Below are positions 1 to 11,568 of a stretch of DNA of 53,957 bases, piece after piece (the first letter of the stretch is position 1; each line of letters begins with the position of its first letter). The translations under genes and the position numbers were made by a program. The notes below the pieces were generated by a model. The model made no database searches. It had not been told where the DNA came from and worked only from the letters and a program-made list of their open reading frames with translations. Where the stretch lies: the NCBI GenBank assembly GCA_018398765.1, contig JAHBMJ010000209.1, positions 1 to 53,957 on the forward strand, given 5' to 3'. The DNA is from Chromera velia. Lineage: Eukaryota.

Positions 1-311
1 CCGAGCGTGCCCTCCTCCCCATTATCCGGGAGATGCAGGACAAGGCTTGTGTCGTTCCCCTCCAGGCCGCCACTGACTTGGTCGAACAACATAGGATTGG
101 CATCTTCAAGATCCCCACCGATTCCAACCTCTCTGACCTCCTCACGAAGGCGCTCAACCTTGGCGCTCTGACTCGTCTCATGAGTCCCTCTCCCTCTCTT
201 TCTCCGGTGTTTGGGAGCGAAATTGTGTCTTCTCTTCCTCCTCTTGCTTTGCGTGACCGCCCGACGATGGAGAAGGAAAGAAGGGGGGATGGGGAGGAGC
301 TGACCACATGA
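1..311 (+). mobile_element. 3' end of a Ty1/copia-type LTR retrotransposon pol (RNase H C-terminus) plus polypurine tract
   Basis: The frame is open from the window start: ERALLPIIREMQ...IFKIPTDSNLSDLLTKAL, matching the copia RNase H terminal motif (xxTxxNxADxLTKAL). A purine tract at 269-299 (GGAGAAGGAAAGAAGGGGGGATGGGGAGGAG) is followed by TG at 301. Confidence 0.7.
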
Positions 312-605
312 GAGCGTTTTGTTTGTTTCCCGGTTTTGTCAGCTACTGCTGTAGAAAGAAGAAGCCACATAATGTTCCAGAAGCATGCTGCTCCTGTTTT
401 TTTGCTTGTCGATGCGCACTTCTTTTCTCTCTTTCCATTTGGTAAGGGGCGCATGCCGAGCGAATTGATTTTTAAGTGCGTAAGTCCCCATCCGGATCCT
501 TAAATACTGCGCGCGCCATCATTGTTTCGGCTCGCTTCACGCATGATATTCATCTTTCCATGCGCTTCTCTCTCTTTGACTAATCCCGGCTCGCCTCTCC
601 TGTCA
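301..605 (+). mobile_element. Putative 3' LTR of the copia element
   Basis: Starts TGAC right after the PPT. A GTCA at 602-605 would give TGAC...GTCA ends. The 5' LTR is outside the window, so the right boundary is unverified. Confidence 0.3.
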
Positions 606-1194
606 GTGATTGCACATTGAGTGATGCACGCTGAGTCCCGATTGTTTATGCAAATGATTGCCATCCCTGGAACTCTTTCACTTCTCGTTTGGGGCTTTCC
701 GGGGTTCTCGCACGCAGGGACTCCGTCAGGCGTCTCCTCTCGCATGCATTTTTGACTCACAAAATTTCTCATTGTTTCGTCTTGATCGATTGCTAGAATT
801 GAACGTTTTTTCCTCTGGGAGTGGCTCTCTGCTGGCCACTCAGTTACGACTTTCTCTGGAATAAGGACCTACGGATCGATTTCATCGTGAGTCTTTATTT
901 CTGTCTTCGTGTGTAGCTAGATATTCGTTCTTATAGTCTAGCAAACATCTCGAAAGTCTTGAAGTTACTTCTAGTACAGTAGTAAGTACAGTAACTTGAC
1001 CTGTCTTAGGCTGTCTGGAAAAATCTAGTTACTTTTTTAAAAAAGTGACTCTTAAATGTACTATATATGTAATTAGTAAGGGCGAGGGATCACTAGCTCT
1101 AGGGATCACTATAGCACAAAGTTAGGCCCCGGCCAAAAACCTAGCGAAACATTCTTATGATCTAATGTCTTAAAATGAGTTATAGCTAATGTGT

Positions 1195-1275
1195 TAGGAT
1201 AAGATAGGATAGGATAGGATAGGATTTATGTTTCGGGTGCCTCCCGCGGTCCACTGCCTAGAAAAGGCTTATATC
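1195..1275. repeat. (TAGGA)n-tailed dispersed repeat, copy 1 (possible non-LTR/SINE 3' end on the minus strand)
   Basis: (TAGGA)n at 1195-1225, then TTTATGTT...GCGGTCCACTGCC...GGCTTA. A homologous arrangement occurs at 13924-13978 plus 14432-14459. Confidence 0.6.
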
Positions 1276-1353
1276 GTAATACACGCAGCAATTTAAATTC
1301 TGTCTAATTTCAAGTTAAAGCATTTAACAGCAGTGTTACAGCACAATCAAAAT

Positions 1354-4300
1354 TCAATCTTTTTTTTTTCGGCTTCTAGGCTTTGCTAGAGACTTTGCTA
1401 TACCTCTAGTTACTGAAACAGCAGCAGCCGCAGAAGCAGAAGAAGACGAAGACGAAGAAGGACCGGAAAGGTCTGACGTCGAATTCGAACGCATTTGAGG
1501 CCCCGGTCCCGCCTGTCCGTTTCGGCCCCCCTTTTTTGCGCCGGTTTTTGACTTCAGCCGTTCCTTTGCCACGTCCTTCTGCTTTGACTCCCTCTCGCGT
1601 TGTCTTGCTGCAAGCCGAGCTTCTGCATAAACCAGAAAGACGGTCACCAACTTACTACCTTGAGTTCGAATGTCAACGGAAGGACGTTGTTCAATAAACC
1701 AACGTTTATCCCCAAGCAGGTAGAAAACCTTTCACCTTCCTCCCTTCGCTTTCTGTGATACTAAATCCAATCAAATAAACAGGCAGACAGACACGGCCTG
1801 AGCACTCTCCCCCGCATCGCATGACCCTCTTCGATCTGTACCGTCAGTCGGTTGAGTGACTTGCATTGAACACGCTAGCTTCACACAACGAGAAATCAAC
1901 CGAGCTGAGTGACTTCCTGTAACAGCTCTGGTTGTACAAAAGCAGCTTCACGCCCTCACTTGGACCCAGTCCTTTCTCATCTCCTCTTATCTCCCTCCCT
2001 CTTTCTCTTTCCTTCATCCCTCCCTCCCTTCCCCCCTACATTCTGTCTGACCTTTCTCCAAACGAAAATGAAGAACCCTGACGTCCTCCCTGAAGAACAG
2101 GCGCATGGCCGCAAACTGCGCGCTGAACGGGTTCTCCGCAAACCCCCACGGCAACGACGCTGTACATCCATGCAACACGCACGCACCCACGCACAGACAT
2201 GTACCGTGAATTGCTTCAAATCATCCATGTGTGCGTATGCGTGTTGCACGAAGGCTTGGTTCGGAACTTGATTGTGCAAAGCCGGAGAAAGAAAGGCGTC
2301 AATGAAAGGACGGGGACAGAATAAAAGGATCAATCAAACTTTCAGGCGAACTCACACAAACGCCATCATCGGTCAGACAGTTCACATACCAGCCAAGAGA
2401 GATGCACAAGAAAACTTCACTGAACAGAGCCATGGCTGCCCAATCACCAACTGACTGGCTGACTGACTGACAATCAAGTAGGCTCTGCCTTCGCAGACCC
2501 CATTCCTCTTCTGCGTGTGCCGGGCAAATGAATATCCGTCTCTCTGCACGTGCTGCAGCTGCACTCCCGTCTGAGTATCTGGTGCTGCAGTCTGAACAGA
2601 TGGGGACCTGCAGGGAGACTCGCAGGCAGACAGACAGACAGATAGAAAGAAAGATGGATGACAGTCAGAGAGAAACAGGTGGTGTAACACAGATGCAGAG
2701 ATACAATTTGAGAGAGGCAAGCGCGGCTACACACTTCCTTGCCTCAGATCTCTGAGTGTGAAGGACATGTATATCCGTAGGAGGCACCGGTGTCTGCTCC
2801 CATATGAACATGAGCACTGAAGAAGAAAAAAGCGTCTCCAGTCGATCGAACATATTCCTTCAGTATTTTTATGCAGCAAGAAGAAGAAAGTTTTCCACAA
2901 TCTTTCTTTGTAGAGCCGCTGTGCGATGCCTCTTTGAAGAGAAGCTTCCTCGATGGATGAAACCGACAGAAAGGAGAAAGCCTTACGTACACGACACTCA
3001 CACAAGCAAGCTCCTCCTCTTTCCATTCTCTTTCAAAATGCCCCCACATTCCCACCGTCTACTGTGCAGAATGACCTTCAGCTTGTGTCCTCTCAACCGA
3101 ACAGGGTCCCCCCTCCCACACTGGTAGCAACACGATGAGACCAGAGAACGCAAGAAGGGACGAAACGGGGCACACAAACTAGTAGGCGAATCGCTGGAAT
3201 TCCGACACCGACTTCTGTCATGATCTAGTTCGCCTGCATGTCCTTCCCCTTCAGTTGTCTCTCTACCCGATGCCTTCTGTTTGCCCTCCTCTACCTCCTT
3301 CTTCTTCTGCCTCTTCCCCCTGAAACGAGAAAATCCAAAACCCGACCCCACACCCCGGCGAGTCTGTCTCATCTGTTGCGCACCGCCAGCGCCGCCTGCT
3401 GCAGCGGCACCGTGACTAAATGAACGAGCATGGGAAGGCCCGAGAGCCTCCCTACTCCCCGACGCCGCCGTCTCTTCCCCCTCTCCCTCCCCTTCTCCCT
3501 CAAATTGCCTCCTAACCCCGGGATCGTCTCCTTCCTCCACAAAGAAAATCCCCGCGCCAACCTCAATCAACTCCCTTGCCGCACCTGGGGCGGCGCTCGA
3601 CGAGGAAGACGAGGACGAGGAAGAGCTTACAGCGGGTTGGAGAGCCTGTACACCGGACGAAGATGGATCAGTGGCCAGACAGAGAGCCAGAGGTAGGGGA
3701 GGGGGGGAGAGGGGAGGAGAGAACGAACGCTGAAGATGACACACAGACTCCAACATTGGCATCTCAAATTTTCGCTTCTGTCACAAATGGGTGGGAACGG
3801 GAGCGGACTCCAATTCTAAAAAGCCAATAACCATAAATCGTGCTCACCTTTTTCGAAACACAATTCCCAATCAGGCAGCACCCTACCTACCTGAAGAAAA
3901 ATTCAAAGAAAAGGCCATGCAAGCTCAAAGAGAATATTCATATTTCTCGTTGATCGACGGACAGACTGACTGACTGACGTCCGGAAGCACCCTTCTTCTT
4001 CTCTCATGACGTTCTTCCTCCTCCTCAATCTCTTCGTTCGTCTGTCCCTCGTGTCTCTCATGTTCTTCTCCTTCTTCTCCTCCCCCTCCTCCATCCTCTG
4101 AGTCGACAGACGAGACAGTCTCCCCCTCAAAGGCTGAACGGAGGGACATCCGCTCGGGCTCCGAGAAGGTTTGACTGAGACGTTCAAAGTTGAGGCGAGG
4201 AAAACGGGTTCGGCAGAGGCTCAAAAGGAGACGCCACAGAGCTGAGCGAGCTGCGAGGAGAAAGTCGTGCAGACACACGGACAGGAGGGAGAAGTTTGGA

Positions 4301-5121
4301 CAGACGGACAGACAGGCAACCGAAAGAAGGGAGTCACCTTGCAGACTCATAGTGGAAGGCGGAGACACTCGGGGCAGACTGCTTCAGGAAGGCGCCGAGG
4401 AAGAGCAGGGGAGACACGCGGCAAGGGGCCTCTCTCCTTCCCCCCCCCCTCCTTCTCTCTGTCTTCCCTTTTCCATACTCCACATTGATGTGCTCTCTCC
4501 TCTTCTCTCAATGTAGCCTCTTCCCCTTCCCGCGGTTCGCTTCTTTCCTTTCTTTTTCCCCTTTTTTCCTTCCTTCCTCCATCTCTTCTTTCCTTCCTTC
4601 TGTGTGTCTTCACGATTGCCCGCCCACACTACGAATAAGACAAAGTCAGATGTAGTCACGAGGAACAACCTGTCGGAAGAGCCGGACGGACCTGCGTAGG
4701 CACCCAGTGCCTTGCACACCTGCATGGATGGGTGCAACACATCAATCAGTCTGGACTTCATTCAGCAGTCCCATTGATCGGAGACGGAGCAAGCGGACGG
4801 GGCTCCATCTGACTGCGGAAAGGAAAGAAAAAGAAGGGAAGGGAGACGAGAGGAGACGAAGGGAGAGAGAAGAGAGTGCATGTGCACCGGGCCCGAAAAA
4901 GTAGAATCAATCCCATCAGCTGGAGAGAGACCCCACACTTCGCTTCCCCCCCCCTCCTTACTCATCGAGAAGAAAGCCGACAGACCTGAAAGCACCGGAG
5001 GATCTCGTGAAGTTCCAGCAACGGCAGCAGGACCATGTAGGTCTGTTCGGGGGAGGAGATGGAGAAGGACACGCACACACACACACACACACACGCACAC
5101 ACACACACGCACGCACACACA

Positions 5122-5179
<58 letters not shown>

Positions 5180-5960
5180 TCATGGAAAAATCCACACACA
5201 CGTACAGGCACAGACACCGGGTGAGGCGAGGAAGGACACACAGACAAGGCAACATTAATCCAACGAGATGTACACGGACCTGAGTAAAGGGAACGAGCAG
5301 ACAACCTAGACAGGGCAACTGAAGGTCGAGAATTTCCCTCTATGAGCCACGTGCCTGTATGCCTTTCTTTTTTTACTCGAAGCCCCCCCTCCCCTCTTGT
5401 TCTCGTTTCCTCATGCACCCACCTCTTCGGGGAGGTCTGCAAACCTCAGCGGTAGCTCCCAGTCCTCGTCATCGCTTTCCACGACGACCACAGGCACACA
5501 CGCCGCAGCCCCTGTCAGTGCCGGTGCGTGGGACGAGGAGGATGAGGAGGAGGATGGGGGATTGACAGCACTACTTGACCAGACCCCCGTCACCTGCACA
5601 ATTTCGCATTCCGATCCCTCACCTTCACTTCCGTCTCCTTGCGTTGTCCCACCTTTCTCTTCCTTCTCTCCTCGCCTCTGTTTCCTCTTTGATGCCGATG
5701 ACGAGGACGAAGAGGAAAGTTTAGAGAGGAGAGCGACCCTCTCGAAGAAAAGGTGGGCGAAGTCCGTTTTCACCTTGTCCAGAGAAAGGGGGGAGAGACG
5801 GAGCCTCTTCTCGACTTCCCTCCTTGCGTCAATGATACCCACATCTCTGCATGTCAGAGGGACGATTGCAAAGAGTAGACGGCTTAAGAAACGCAGAAAA
5901 CAGTCAGAGTGTAACGTGGCGCAAGTTGAGCACGTGGGGACGCGGAACAGGCAGGCACAT
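1354..5960 (-). CDS. Multi-exon F-box protein with C-terminal XPA-like DNA-binding region (5' end uncertain)
   Basis: Approximate exons: 5420-5847, 4985-5043, 4614-4719, 3980-4340, 3180-3690, 2740-2870, 2472-2607, 2052-2159, 1354-1622. The F-box is assembled across exons: RFADLPEE|TYMVLLPLLELHEILRCFQ|VCK. The last three exons are phase-consistent: VPICSDCSTRY...FICPAHAEEEWGLRRQSLLDS|SLPWGFAENPFSAQFAAMRLFFREDV...|EARLAARQRERESKQK, resembling XPA (CxxC...AKQEYLL...NPHHSQWGDMKLYL followed by a helix). Confidence 0.7.
5071..5176. repeat. (CA)n-(GA)n compound microsatellite, intronic
   Basis: Directly visible. Confidence 0.95.
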
Positions 5961-6409
5961 GGGTAACGAGCTGAGCAAGTCAGAGGAGACGGCTAAACAG
6001 GCATACAAGAACTAGGGAATTAAGATACGCAAAAAACGTGTTCGCGAACCAGACAGGAAGAGGCCAAGGTTGAAGCGGACTTACGCGAAAGTCTTTGGAG
6101 TCAAAATTTTCTCCAAGGCCTTCTGAACCTGTGAAAGGAGGACGGGGTCTTGCAGGGCCATTCTGGAAGAGCTGGTCGAGACGCCAACTTGGAATGCCAC
6201 GTGCAACCATACCACTACAACGTCGCCGTCTGTAAACTGGCAAGGAATCCAGCCGTGCGTCTCTTGCAGGATTCAGCGAAAGCCAAACAGCCCTCTGAAG
6301 TTTCGCAGATACGCGAGGCATCGACAGCCATTGCACTGCCACAGTGCCACACCATGTAAACTCCTCATAACTCCTCGGAAGTCTTATGAACCAGCTCTGG
6401 AGACTGGAG

Positions 6410-6495
6410 CTCTGCATGCGACATATGTATGCGACCCCTGCCGAGCTAACGACGCACGCATGCATGCAGGTATGCAATGGTATGCATGGTGCATC
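6410..6495. promoter_or_regulatory. TGCATG(CA) cluster in a divergent promoter
   Basis: TGCATGCA at 6461-6468 plus nearby TGCAT variants, between the divergent F-box and CRAL-TRIO genes. TGCATGCA is a known ApiAP2-bound motif in apicomplexans. Confidence 0.45.
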
Positions 6496-6720
6496 CATCT
6501 TTCCGACATTTTCCGAGATTTTCCGACTGAGGGCCGGCTTCTTAATTCGCGATCTCTTACGACAAGCAAACTCACCTTCAGCTAGGCTACTGCCATAGAA
6601 AGTGTGTGCATCATCGCCACTCTGTGTCTTCACGTTCTCTTGTCTGATAGACGTACGGTTGTTTGACATTTGGAGCTCGCTGCCTTGTTCTCGCGAATCG
6701 AACAGCGGAACGACGTTGCG

Positions 6721-8154
6721 ATGGTTCACGGTCAGATTCAAGACCTCAAGGGGGACACTTCCTTCGCGTCCCCCATCATCGTGCGCAGCCCAGTCAGTAC
6801 CTACATTCTCCCACAGGAGATCTTGACTTACACCCCTCCTTCCCAATGGGTCCGCAGAAAGTTCAACAACGGAGAGGTTCTCAGGCAGATTTTCATGAAC
6901 CAGCCTCTGGAAGACTTCGAGCTTGAACTGATTGAAGAGATGAAGAGAGAGTGTGAGAAGGAGGGCGTCCAGATACCAGAAGGCCTCTCTCACACTCTTC
7001 TGCGTGTCATCTCTTACAACTTCCGCAAATACAAACAGAAATTTGCGCACAAGTCCTTAGAGATGCTAGCGAATCAGATAGAATGGCGAAAGAGCTACTT
7101 CCCGATTGACGAGAATGAGGTCCTCGACCAGCTGAAGAAGGGCGTGATCTACTGCACAGGGAGGGACAACTGCCTAAGACCCACTCTGATCATTCGTCTG
7201 TCCAGAATGCCAAAAGAGTGGACGCCTCAGGTCTTCACGAGGCTCGTCATCTACTGCTTTGAGTATCTTCTCAGATACGCACGTCAGTCAATATCGCTGT
7301 AAACCTCTTTATGAGTGCCTGTGAGTTGGGAATGCAGACTGATGCCAGTCCACATACTGATGGGGAGCCAATCAACCTGTTTGTCAATAGTCAGGCAGTC
7401 ATCCAGCTAGGCAAGTAGGCTGTTTGCTTCCTTCCAGTGAATCCAGACTGTGTAGAGTGAAGTCATAAGTGACAAAAGCAAAATAGCGGATCAGTGTGCA
7501 GACTCAGTCAACGCACACGACCGGTCAATTCATCAACTGCTCGACTCTTCATCACAAGGCGGACGCATTGTCCGTGCAGCCGTCGTTCTGGTTGGAGTTT
7601 CGTGACCGTGAAGAAAGAGAGGATCCGTCCCCTCCCTCTTTGACCGTGAAGCTTCCCTCAGCAAGTTGCTTTCCTCTGCGGGATCTGTGACTCACCCCTC
7701 CTCTCTTTGTGTCATTTGACCCTGTCTTCTCTTTCGATGAGTGCAGTATTTCCCGGGAAGGTGGAGACCCTTGTGGTGCTGATAGACCTGAAGGGTGTGT
7801 CGTTGATGAAGGTGCCGGTCAACGCACTCACAGAGATGACCTCGATGCTGACGAAACAGTACCCCTTCAGACTCCACAACATGTACATCCTCAACGCACC
7901 CTCACTCATTCAGGTCTGTCTGTCGGTCGGTCGGTCGGTCGGCTGTTGACTGAAAAGTGAGTGAGCACTCTTTCGTCGTCCTCTATCCTTCAATGTGTGT
8001 GCGTGTGTGTATTTGTGTATGCGTATGTGTGTGCCCCTGTGTGTGTGTGTGTGTGTGTGTGTCTGTGTGCCCCTGTGTGTGTGTGTGTGTGTGTGTGTGC
8101 CCCTGTGTGTGCCCCTGTGTGTGTGTGTGTGTGTGTGTATGCGTATGTGTGTGC

Positions 8155-8192
<38 letters not shown>

Positions 8193-11100
8193 AGTGGATC
8201 TGGAATGCCGTCAAGGGGGCACTCTCGGAGGTCCAACAATCAAAAGTGAACTTTGTCAAGTCAGTCATTCATGACGTTGGAAGAAGAGGAAGAAAGTGCG
8301 GGCGGGTGTGCTGGCCTCCTCCTGGCGGCTTCTCCCTTCCGTCTGTCAGTGTGTCGACATCTCACTCTCTTTTTTCGTATCCGCACTGACCGTTTCGCGC
8401 ATTTGCATGCCCGTATCCACTTTCAGGAGTGCTTTCTCTATTTTTTTTCGTCCATTTTCCGATCACTGTTCTCCAATGCCCATGATTTCTTTCCCTCTTC
8501 CTTTCCCCTCCTTTCTGTTCTTTTGTCAGACCTGACTTGAAGGAGATGAAGGGCCTCTGGGCCTCTCACCAGTTAGAGGAGCAATATGGGGGGGGGCTGC
8601 CTGAGGTGGGTCTGCCTGCGAGGCCTGCAGGGTGCGTGTATGTTTTCTTGAGTGACTGCATCTCGGGGCGGTATACACACACGCTCACTCCCGCATGTGT
8701 GCGTGTTTCCTTCTTGGGCCGGGGATGTTCTTGCTGACTTTTTCAATTCCTGAGTGGAATTTTTTTACATTTTCTCTTTCGCGTCCTCCCAAAACTTTAT
8801 GCCAAGACACAGCATTGAATTGCCCTCTCTCCTGGTCCTCTTCGGTTTCTTCTCCTTTTTCCGGGTTTCCCCGTCCCAAAACAGTGTATGGTCATACTAC
8901 AGTACACTGAAAACAGAAAAGACTTGCCTCCTTCCCCTTGTTCATTTCTGCAGGTCTCAACCTTCTACCCTTTCCCCTTCCAGAAGGGTCCCTTTGAGGC
9001 AGACCATGTGGTCAGCTTGGGTTGCTGGGTGCGACACGATTAATTGAATTGCATCAGGAAAGGATCTGTCTGTCTGTCTGTCTGGTCTCCCAGAGTTCCT
9101 GAGGGCAGTCAGGCAGACGGATCGTCAGGAATTGCTTCTGTGTGTGGAAGGGCCTTGCATCCGATCTGCCTCGCTTTACTTTCCGCTTCCTCGGCTTGCC
9201 CCCCCGCCCTTCATGCGGACAGTTTAAGTCCCCTCTGATCCTGCGTTCGTTTTCTGTCCCTCTCTCTCTCTCTCTTTCCAGACGGGGCCTCGAAGAGATG
9301 CCGTCGCCGATGTGTGGAAGATCTTCGACGACGATTCCTACAAAGGGGAACTCTGGTTGACCCCCAAAGAGAGCACCCACCCTCCTCAGAAATTCTCCTC
9401 AGAGGCCCCTGGAGTCTTCAGACGTTGTGGGGTCCCTTTCACAGGCGTGGTCAGTCGGTCGGTCCCTCGGTCGGTTGGATTGGTCATCTTTTCTTCTTTC
9501 CGACTTTCTTCTTGTGGAATGCTTCTCCCTCTGTGTGTGCATGTGTGTGTGTCTGTGTGTCTGTGTGTGTATGTTTGTACTCAGCTCTCACGAGAGTTTC
9601 TGTAAGTACATCCCATTTTGTCCCTTTTCCACTCGCTCTACCCTCACGCTTCCGTGCACCCGGCCGTCATTGATTGATGTCTGCAGGCAGCAGGAGAACC
9701 GAGCGGGGAGGGGGCAGCAACGGCTGCAGCTGGGGTTGCAACGGGAGCCGGTGAGGCGGCGCCCCTCGACTTGACTGTCCCCGTGGCGGCGCTGCCAGCG
9801 GTGGCCTCTGCTTCCACTGCAGCTGCTGGAGAGGGCGTAGCGGCTGCAGGGGCTGCTGCAGCGGTAGCAGAAGGGGGAGGTGGAAGGTTGGTCTCTTTTT
9901 TTCCCCTGCTGTGTGTGCCTTGCAGCGTAGGCTGCTTCTATTTACACCTTTGCCCGCATCAGTGTGCGTTGATGCTTTCCTTCCTCTCCCAGTTAGGGGG
10001 CGGGTGAACGATTTTCCCTCTTTGCCCTTCATCATCTCTTTTCTTCTTCTTCTTTGAACAACCTCTGTCTGCAGCGTTTCCAAAAGAAGCCTGAACCTGA
10101 GCGACAGCAGAACGCCGATTCCCAAGGGGGACGTGGGAGACCCTCCTCCGTCTCCCATCGATGAGGCGGTCCGTCCTTCCGTGTGTCCGTCATTCTTTTT
10201 CTCTTTTTCTGTCCACTGTTGCCCCATCGTCTTCTTTCTTTTTCTGTTGCGTTTCTTCTTTGTGGCAAGTTCTCTTGAGTGCATTGAAATGTGCTCTGTC
10301 CCCTTCATGTTCTGTGTCTTTTCTTTCAACCTTGTGTTTTTGTCCCCTTGTACGTGCAGGCAGAGGACCTTCTTCGAGAAGTCGCAGTGTCAGCTTTTTT
10401 TTCTCTCTTGTGCTCTCTGGCGTGTTTCGAGAGGCTCTGAATGCGCGCCGAAACATACATGAACTATCCGATCCCGACGTCGCCACTTCCACCTGGGGTA
10501 GTCTTCTGTCCCTTTTCTCTCTCTCTTTCGTCTTCCCTTTGTTTGTTCGATTTCTACAAAGAGAGCCGCACTCATCCCTCCATGCACGAGGCGGCCCTTC
10601 TCACTTTTCTGATTGTGATATTTTTCGCTTCCGTCCCTGCAGGGAGGCAGGGGAAGTGCCTGCTGCCGCCGCCGCCGCCGCGGATGCCGCTGCAGCAACT
10701 GCATTGCCAGGTCTGTCTGTAGATCATCACACTTTTTTTTTGTTCCACCTTGTTCTCTCCGTGCAAGCGTGTGTCTATGTCAACAAGATCAATAAGAAAG
10801 ACTTTCAAAAGAAGAAACAAGATTTTTTCTCTGCTTGGAAGATGCGCGTTTTCCTTCGTTTCCCTCACTTGCTCACCCACTCACTCATCTTTGTTCCCCC
10901 TGTCTGGCCATATACACACCTATGCGTACCCCTTCTGGTCTTTCTGTCTTGTCTGTTTCTGTTTTTGCAGAAGTTCCGGAAGCCGGAGAAGCTCTGGAGC
11001 AGTCGGAGGCCGTCGCAGCTGCGGTTGGTTTTTTCTTTCTCTTTTTCTCTTCTTCTTCCTTTGCATGTTCTTTTCTCGTGCCTGCTGATCTCCCCCCCCC

Positions 11101-11568
11101 CCCCCCCCCNNNNNNNNNNNNNNNNNNNNNNNNNNNNNNNNNNNNNNNNNNNNNNNNNNNNNNNNNNNNNNNNNNNNNNNNNNNNCTTTTTTTTTGTTTC
11201 GTATGGGTACATGTTGGCGCGGCTGTCACTCTTTGTCCGCTTTTTGTTGTACTTCGATGAGTCCCCCTCATGTCGGCCGGGCGTAATGATCCGCTTCTTC
11301 CTTCCAGGATCGAGTCTTTTCTGCTCAACCTGCCTGCCTGCCTGTGCATCGGGGTGGTTTGGACTTTCTCTTGTTGATTCGTGCACAATCCGTGTGTGTG
11401 TGTGTGTGTGTGTTGCAGGTCCAACCCGCAGTGGCAAGGGAGGAGGCGGCGGCACAGGCAGGGGGTATGGGTGTGGGCGTGAGTGTGCCGGCAGGGAAAG
11501 AGCCGTTTGGGGAGGGGAAGGGAGAAGCGGAAGCGGGCAAGTGTGCGTGTGGGTGTGTGGTGATGTGA
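6721..11568 (+). CDS. CRAL-TRIO (Sec14-like) lipid-binding protein with Ala-rich tail and C-terminal CaaX (CVVM)
   Basis: Exon 6721-7282 reads LLRVISYN...[10 protein letters not shown]...[19 protein letters not shown]; 7747-7914 reads [18 protein letters not shown]...[16 protein letters not shown]; then [21 protein letters not shown] and HQLEEQYGG. Downstream exons 9687-9886, 10075-10168, 10360-10388, 10643-10710, 10971-11023 and 11419-11568 splice in consistent phase to KCACGCVVM*. An in-frame TGA at 6664 makes ATG 6721 the likely start. Confidence 0.85.
7993..8191. repeat. Interrupted (GT)n microsatellite directly before an acceptor site
   Basis: Directly visible; ends ...GTGCAG at the acceptor. 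Confidence 0.95.
11110..11185. other. Assembly gap (N run) next to a poly-C tract
   Basis: N characters. Confidence 0.99.

Noticed and set aside
5980..7050. 356-aa minus-strand ORF
   Set aside because: Antisense shadow of the CRAL-TRIO first exon plus promoter sequence; no recognisable motifs.
4880..8389. [12 protein letters not shown]-rich ORFs (also near 29.6, 43.2 and 52.2 kb)
   Set aside because: Translations of intronic dinucleotide microsatellites.
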